Positions 8,632-13,389 of a DNA stretch of 13,389 nt are shown one piece after another. The stretch lies in contig JAAOMT010000736.1 of NCBI GenBank assembly GCA_016748015.1, positions 1-13,389 of the forward strand, in the 5' to 3' direction. This DNA comes from Geosiphon pyriformis uo1 (Eukaryota; Fungi; Glomeromycota). The translations under genes were made by a program, and so were the position numbers. Below the pieces are notes generated by a model. It was not told where the DNA came from and did no database searches. It saw only the letters and a program-made list of their open reading frames with translations. How positions within the stretch are numbered: the first letter of the stretch is position 1; each line of letters begins with the position of its first letter.

Positions 8632-9384
8632 TGTTATAAGTGATTATTTGGGGTCTCAAGTTAAATAACAAATCTGTAACTTGGTGCTCAAAAGCTATGT
8701 GCATTAATAATAATCTGAAAGTTTTGGTTGATGAGTTCTTTGTATAATGAACAGAGATTCAATAGTGATAGTATTGATAATTTTTTCTTAGTTGTTTCCC
8801 AATTTTTTTTTTAGCTTGGTGGCTGGATTTATTCTGGCAGTTATGCTCTTCTGGTAAGCTATTGGTTAATATATATATAATGTTACCCTTATTTCTGGGT
8901 TTTTTATCAGACTATCTGTAATGTCAATAACTTAGTGCTTTAATCCTTTAATCAATTAGTATACAACAACAAAATCAAAGAAAATAAAATAAAAAAAATA
9001 AAATAAATTAAGCCAAGATGATAAACAAGTTAATATTTCGTTAATAGCTATGATTAAGAGCTATTGTTCCAGTGTGGTTAAGTATCAGTAACTATCAACA
9101 TAGAATGTTGATAGTGGAAGTAGATTGGAGATAACAAATAGTTATTTATTAGATGATTGTAATTTTGAAGGTTGTTTAAATTAAATCTAAACTGGGAGAT
9201 CTGTCTTTTCTGTTTCTAATGCTATTGCTATATATACATAATTTGGGTTTTATGAGATTGCTTACATTCTCAAGCAATGTGCTATAATTTTTTAAGCAAT
9301 ATGCTTACATAGATTACTACTACTTTTCTATTGGTCTATCTGTTTTTTTTATTATTTCTTGTATGCTTTTTCTTATGAGTAACA
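8632..9384 (-). repeat. 5' LTR of element B (~753 bp)
   Basis: Termini tgtta (8632) and gtaaca (9379-9384); adjacent PBS; RT coding sequence of element C starts immediately at 9385. Confidence 0.82.
9229..9236 (-). promoter_or_regulatory. Putative TATA box of LTR B
   Basis: TATATATA, placed like the TATA boxes of LTRs A and C relative to the downstream hairpins and T-tract. Confidence 0.4.
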
Positions 9385-9386
9385 AC

Positions 9387-10148
9387 AGCTTAATCAAAAA
9401 ATTATTAAGCCCTTGGTCTTCTTCAGTAGTCTTGATTACCAAGAAAAATGGAAAAATGTGATTTTGTATAGATTGCCAAAAATTAAATAGTATTATGTGA
9501 GGAGATAATTATCTCACTCCTCTCATCCAAGAAATCCTGAACAATCTAGGAAAAAAGAAATGGTTCTTATCATTAGATTTAACAAGTGGTTATTGGCAAG
9601 TTGAAATAGATCCCAAAGACAAAAAAAAAACAGCATTTATCACTTAAAATGGCAATTTCAAGTTCAACATGATGTTTTTTAGACTTTATAATGCTCTTGT
9701 CACTTTTTAATGTTTCATAGATGTAATATACAAAAAAATTCTTTGGAAATCAGTCATAGTTTATCTGAATGATACCAACATGTTCTTAGAAACATTCGAT
9801 GATCATTTGCATTATTTTTAACAAGTGTTCAAGTGTCTTTGAGATGCTGGATTAAAACTTAATTCCGACAAATGCTTCTTTGAAAAAACTGAACTAAAAT
9901 TCTTAAGGCATGTAATCAGAAAAGATGGAGTTAAGCCTGATCCAGATAAAATCCAAAAAGTCAAAGACTTTTCAGTCCCAATCAATCTGTGCAAATTGTG
10001 AAAATTTTTAGGATTAACAAGATACTATTGCCAATTTGTCAAAGAATTTTCAACTATCACAAAATTACTTCATTACTTATTGTCCAAATATATATCATAC
10101 TTGTAGAGAGAAAATCAACAGAAAGCATTTAACTATCTTAAGTAGTAA
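9387..10148 (+). pseudogene. Reverse transcriptase (element C), N-terminally truncated
   Basis: SPWSSSVVLITKKNGKM*FCIDCQKLN, LDLTSGYWQV, KTAFIT, MFFRLYNALVTF*, VYLND (9762-9773, YLDD), KCFF, FLRHVI, FLGLTRYY. Confidence 0.95.
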
Positions 10149-10562
10149 TTGATCACATCCCTAATATTAATCTACTCCAATTTTATTAAACATTTTATTA
10201 TTACTACAGATGCCTTAAAAAATGCATTAGGAGCTATCCTATCCCAAATAAGACCAAACAAAAGAGAACATTTCATTGCATATACTAATCATAGTACAAG
10301 TTCAGTCAAAAAGATATATAGTGCAACAGACCTAAAATGTCTTGTCATTTACTGGGCCATACAAACATAGAAATATTACCTTAGTCAACTATTTGACCTA
10401 TATACTAACCACAAAAAACTTATTTGGTTACTCAATAATCCACAACTAAAAAAAAAGTATGTGAGATAGAATACTTATTTACAACAATTCTCACTTAAAG
10501 TTCATTACAAAGAAGAATCAAAAAACACCAATGCTGATAGTTTGTTGAGGATGCCACAAATC
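10149..10562 (+). pseudogene. RNase H domain (element C)
   Basis: FIITTDAL..LGAILSQ, YSATDLKCL, YTNH and NADSLLR are degenerate Ty3 RNase H motifs, in the same frame as RT. Confidence 0.9.
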
Positions 10563-10574
10563 TAATTCAAAACC

Positions 10575-11942
10575 ATGAACACAATCACCTATCAGTGAAT
10601 ACAACAGTACTTGTTAACACTTCAGTTTCAAGAGATATTATCTGAACAAGAACAAAATACTATACAAAAACAAATACAAAACAACTTTATTCAAAACAAT
10701 CAATTCTATTATTGAGAATGACAAAACCACTTTATCTTACAATGATTAATCAAAGACACTAAAAAAGAAACTATATTATATAGCATGCACTCAGATTTGA
10801 CTGCAGGACACTTCAACAAAGATACTACTTTGAAAAAGACAATAAATCTATACTACTGGCCAATAATATATAAGAATATCTTTAAGTATGTTTCCAATTG
10901 TAATTCATGCCAAAGAAGAGAAGAAGCAAAATCAACAGAATCACTTCGACTTATTCCAGTTGAAAATTCATTTGATAGAATTGAAATCAATTTGGTTGGT
11001 TCTCTTTCCATAATATCTAAAAAAAATTGTAACATCATGGTAGTAGTAGACTATCTTACAAAATGGCCAGAAGCTAGAGCAATTCAAGTAGCCGATGCTA
11101 AAACAGTAGCAGAATTCATGCATTAAGATCTAATTTGCTAACATAGATGTCCAAAAAAATTGCTATCTGACCAAAAAATGCATTTTGTCAATAGTACACT
11201 GACCAAATTAAGCCAACAGTTTGGAATAAAGTAATTCCTCTTGTTACTATATTACCCACAAATACTTGGACTAGTCGAACAATTTAACTGAACATTGTGT
11301 GAAGCATTAGTAAAAATAAGCTACAAAAACACACAAAAATAGGACTTATTTATATCTTCTGTATTACTAACATACCAAACATTAAAGCAAAATACAACTC
11401 AGTTTATGCCATTTAAACTAGTTTATGAGAGAAAAGCAATGTTATCTATTGAATAAAAAATACAGTCATACCCAACTGAAACAATTACAGAAGAAAATTT
11501 TGAAGTCATCTTACACCAAAAAACATACCAGCTAATGAAAACATTACAAAGCAACCATAGAACAGCAGCTGACAATATTAGTAATGCTTAAGAACAACAG
11601 AAAAAAAACCATGATAACTGTCTACTTAAGCAATTAATAGAATTTAGGATTAGAGACCAAGTACTGTTATACTGTACAAAAGCTGAAAAACAATGGAATA
11701 AAAAGTTCAACCCAAAGTGGGACAGTTCATTCTATATACACAAAGCTTTAGAAAATAGAGCTTACAAACTATAATTAGAAGACAGAGTTTTAAAGAAAGT
11801 AGCTTATGAAAACTAATTAAAAATTTATCATACAAAACAACAGTCATTGTCATCAGTACCTTAACTAAGAACACAAATTTCATTAATCAGGCCAGAAGAT
11901 ATACTATGAGATTTGGAACCAATTATTATTATCAAAACGTAA
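10575..11942 (+). pseudogene. Integrase (HHCC, DDE core, GPY/F module; no chromodomain seen) (element C)
   Basis: MHSDLTAGH...CNSCQ; IEINLVGSL; VVVDYLTKWPEA; LSDQKMHF; YPQILGLVEQFN*TL; KWDSSFYI (GPF); stop at 11940-11942. Confidence 0.93.
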
Positions 11943-11951
11943 AATTAATAT

Positions 11952-12752
11952 ATGGCTAGTTAACTAGAAAAATTTAAATATATATAACCACTAAAACAAC
12001 AAAAAAAATAAGTCAATAGAACTTCTAACATAGAGCTTTCAGATCAAATTCTACAACTTTTGAAACAACTATTTGATGTGATTCAACAATCCAATGCTCA
12101 AATAGAAATCACAATTAATAAAAAAAAAATACAATACAAAAACAGGAACAAAAAAGGAGAAAGTTTAACTGAAACTAACTATTCTCACCCTTTTACAATG
12201 TTCAAGAGGAAAAATTAATAAAAAGCGTTTTCTTAGATGGGACATGGAAAAGAAAGGGTAAAGGAATGAAAAATATTTTATAAAAGAAGATACTTAGTTT
12301 CCGAGCTCAAAGAAATCAAAAAAACTTTAGCTCAGAGGACCAATCTCTCTAAAACAAAAGAATGGACACCAGACAATGCTTAGAAATGAAAAAAAAAACT
12401 TCCACCAGCTTATTGGTTCTACAAAATTGGAGAACAGCTTGACTTAAAAACACCATATGAAGATCTCAGCCAGAAAACATTCAACAAAAAAGCAATACAA
12501 CAAGTAAAAAAATTCATAGGAAGAAGCAACTTAACACTATATTATAAAACAGCATACTGACTGTACACTGCTTTCCAACATTGTCCAAATGTGCTGGTGT
12601 ATGGATTTATAAGAACCATAACAGTTAACAACATAGAACAAATAACCAATCAACAGTTTGAGGACCTACAAAAAACAATACTTAACACAACAATTGAACA
12701 CTACATGAATGAAGCCATTGTATCAGATATATATGATTTTACAGAAGCTTAA
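11952..12752 (+). pseudogene. Additional ~267-codon ORF downstream of pol (unknown function)
   Basis: ATG 10 nt after the pol stop and one continuous frame to the PPT, with scattered stops. The C-terminal ~120 codons have one internal stop and read protein-like (LPPAYWFYKIGEQL...YYKTAY*LYTAF...DFTEA). Confidence 0.65.
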
Positions 12753-12756
12753 TTTT

Positions 12757-12770
12757 AAAAAGTAAGAAAT
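12757..12770 (+). other. Degenerate polypurine tract (element C)
   Basis: aaaaagtaagaaa immediately before tattacc, read as a G>A-mutated TGTTACC LTR start. Confidence 0.65.
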
Positions 12771-12850
12771 AATATTACCCAAGTAGAAAACCAATTCAAA
12801 GTTATGAAGAAATGTGACCAAAAGAAAAAATGTAACCAAAAAAAAAAAAC

Positions 12851-12970
12851 GTGATATAATACAAAATAGTGCACAATAGTATAGAATAATGCATTATAAT
12901 ATAGAATAACACAGAATAATATGTAATAATACTAGATAACATATTATATCATAAAATAACTAGAGATAAT
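12851..12970 (+). repeat. 10-bp-period array (12 units, NNNNNATANY) in U3 of LTR C
   Basis: Every decamer from 12851 to 12970 has ATA at positions 6-8. Confidence 0.8.
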
Positions 12971-13057
12971 ATAGAAAAATAAAGCAATAACAGAAATAGC
13001 AAAGCAATAACTGGCAATAGTGAGACAATAGAAAGCATTCCTGTAAAACTAAAAGAA

Positions 13058-13066
13058 TATATAAAA
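13058..13066 (+). promoter_or_regulatory. Putative TATA box of LTR C
   Basis: TATATAAAA downstream of the U3 array. Confidence 0.55.
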
Positions 13067-13350
13067 GCAAGTAGTTATAGAAGTTGAAAAAGACAAACAG
13101 TTAGATAGTAATCAATTTTATTTTGTATTATATTTATTATATCTTATACCCATATTTCGAAATGCAATAATTATTAAAAAAACAAATCCAAATTACCAAT
13201 TTATGTTCTCCAATCTTGCAGATTTTAATTGAAATTAAAATTAGTGTTTCTTATCTTTTGTTCTAGGACATATGCCATTAGCATAAACATTTTGAATCAT
13301 TAACAACATAGACCAATTGCTCTTGATCATGGCAATTGATAAAAACTAAC

Positions 13351-13352
<2 letters not shown>

Positions 13353-13389
<37 letters not shown>
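13353..13389. repeat. Poly(T) tract, at least 37 nt
   Basis: Homopolymer running to the end of the window. Confidence 0.95.

Larger units (their letters stand above)
4507..8911 (-). pseudogene. Element B gag-pol polyprotein (N-terminal part), heavily mutated
   Basis: Fragments 7997-8221, 7169-7375, 5378-5743 and 4624-4872 plus hand translation give the same domain order as element A. Confidence 0.85.
4507..9384 (-). mobile_element. Ty3/Gypsy LTR retrotransposon B, 5' half, interrupted by element A
   Basis: LTR 8632-9384 (tgtta...taaca), PBS TGGTGC, degenerate gag, knuckle, protease, Cys-rich domain, and a dUTPase cut at 4507. Confidence 0.9.
9385..13389 (+). mobile_element. Ty3/Gypsy LTR retrotransposon C, 3' half, interrupted by element B; oldest member of the nest
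   Basis: RT-RNaseH-integrase order (gypsy type), extra ORF, PPT and 3' LTR start. Confidence 0.92.
12773..13389 (+). repeat. 3' LTR of element C (probably runs past the window end)
   Basis: Starts tattac after the PPT; contains a U3 repeat array, TATA and a block homologous to LTR B (13301-13351 vs 9030-9080). Confidence 0.75.

Noticed and set aside
9030-9120. Hammerhead or HDV-like ribozyme (ctgat...cgaaa flanking stems on the minus strand)
   Set aside because: There is no CUGANGA core with correct spacing, the HDV pseudoknot could not be assembled by eye, and these core-like bases are not kept in LTR C. Retained only as a generic structured element.
10853-11038. Minus-strand 61-aa ORF
   Set aside because: It is antisense to the integrase core.
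11780-11942. Chromodomain at the integrase C-terminus
   Set aside because: Only a short tail follows the GPY/F module, with no YLVKW-type motif.
11952-12752. Calling the 3' ORF an env gene
   Set aside because: No signal peptide, furin/fusion motif or transmembrane segment is visible.
13295-13305. taaca at 13301-13305 as the end of LTR C
   Set aside because: The following sequence is homologous to the interior of LTR B, so the LTR continues.

Overview
AT-rich, almost certainly eukaryotic (probably fungal) repeat DNA. From memory the proteins resemble Glomeromycotina/Geosiphon-type retroelement ORFs; this is unverified. There are no host genes. The window is a three-deep nest of mutated Ty3/Gypsy LTR retrotransposons. 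Element A (minus, <1-4506; 5' LTR 3523-4506) is inserted in the dUTPase of element B (minus, 4507-9384; 5' LTR 8632-9384). B is inserted in the reverse transcriptase of element C (plus, 9385->13389: RT-RNaseH-integrase, an extra ORF, PPT, 3' LTR from 12773). A and B share an unusual polyprotein layout: a frame starting inside the LTR, a conserved helical N-terminal domain, capsid, CCHC knuckle, aspartic protease, an unrecognised ~200-aa multi-CxxC domain, then dUTPase. The LTRs share hairpins, one with a compensatory change. All coding regions are damaged mainly by C>T/G>A transitions, with few frameshifts.
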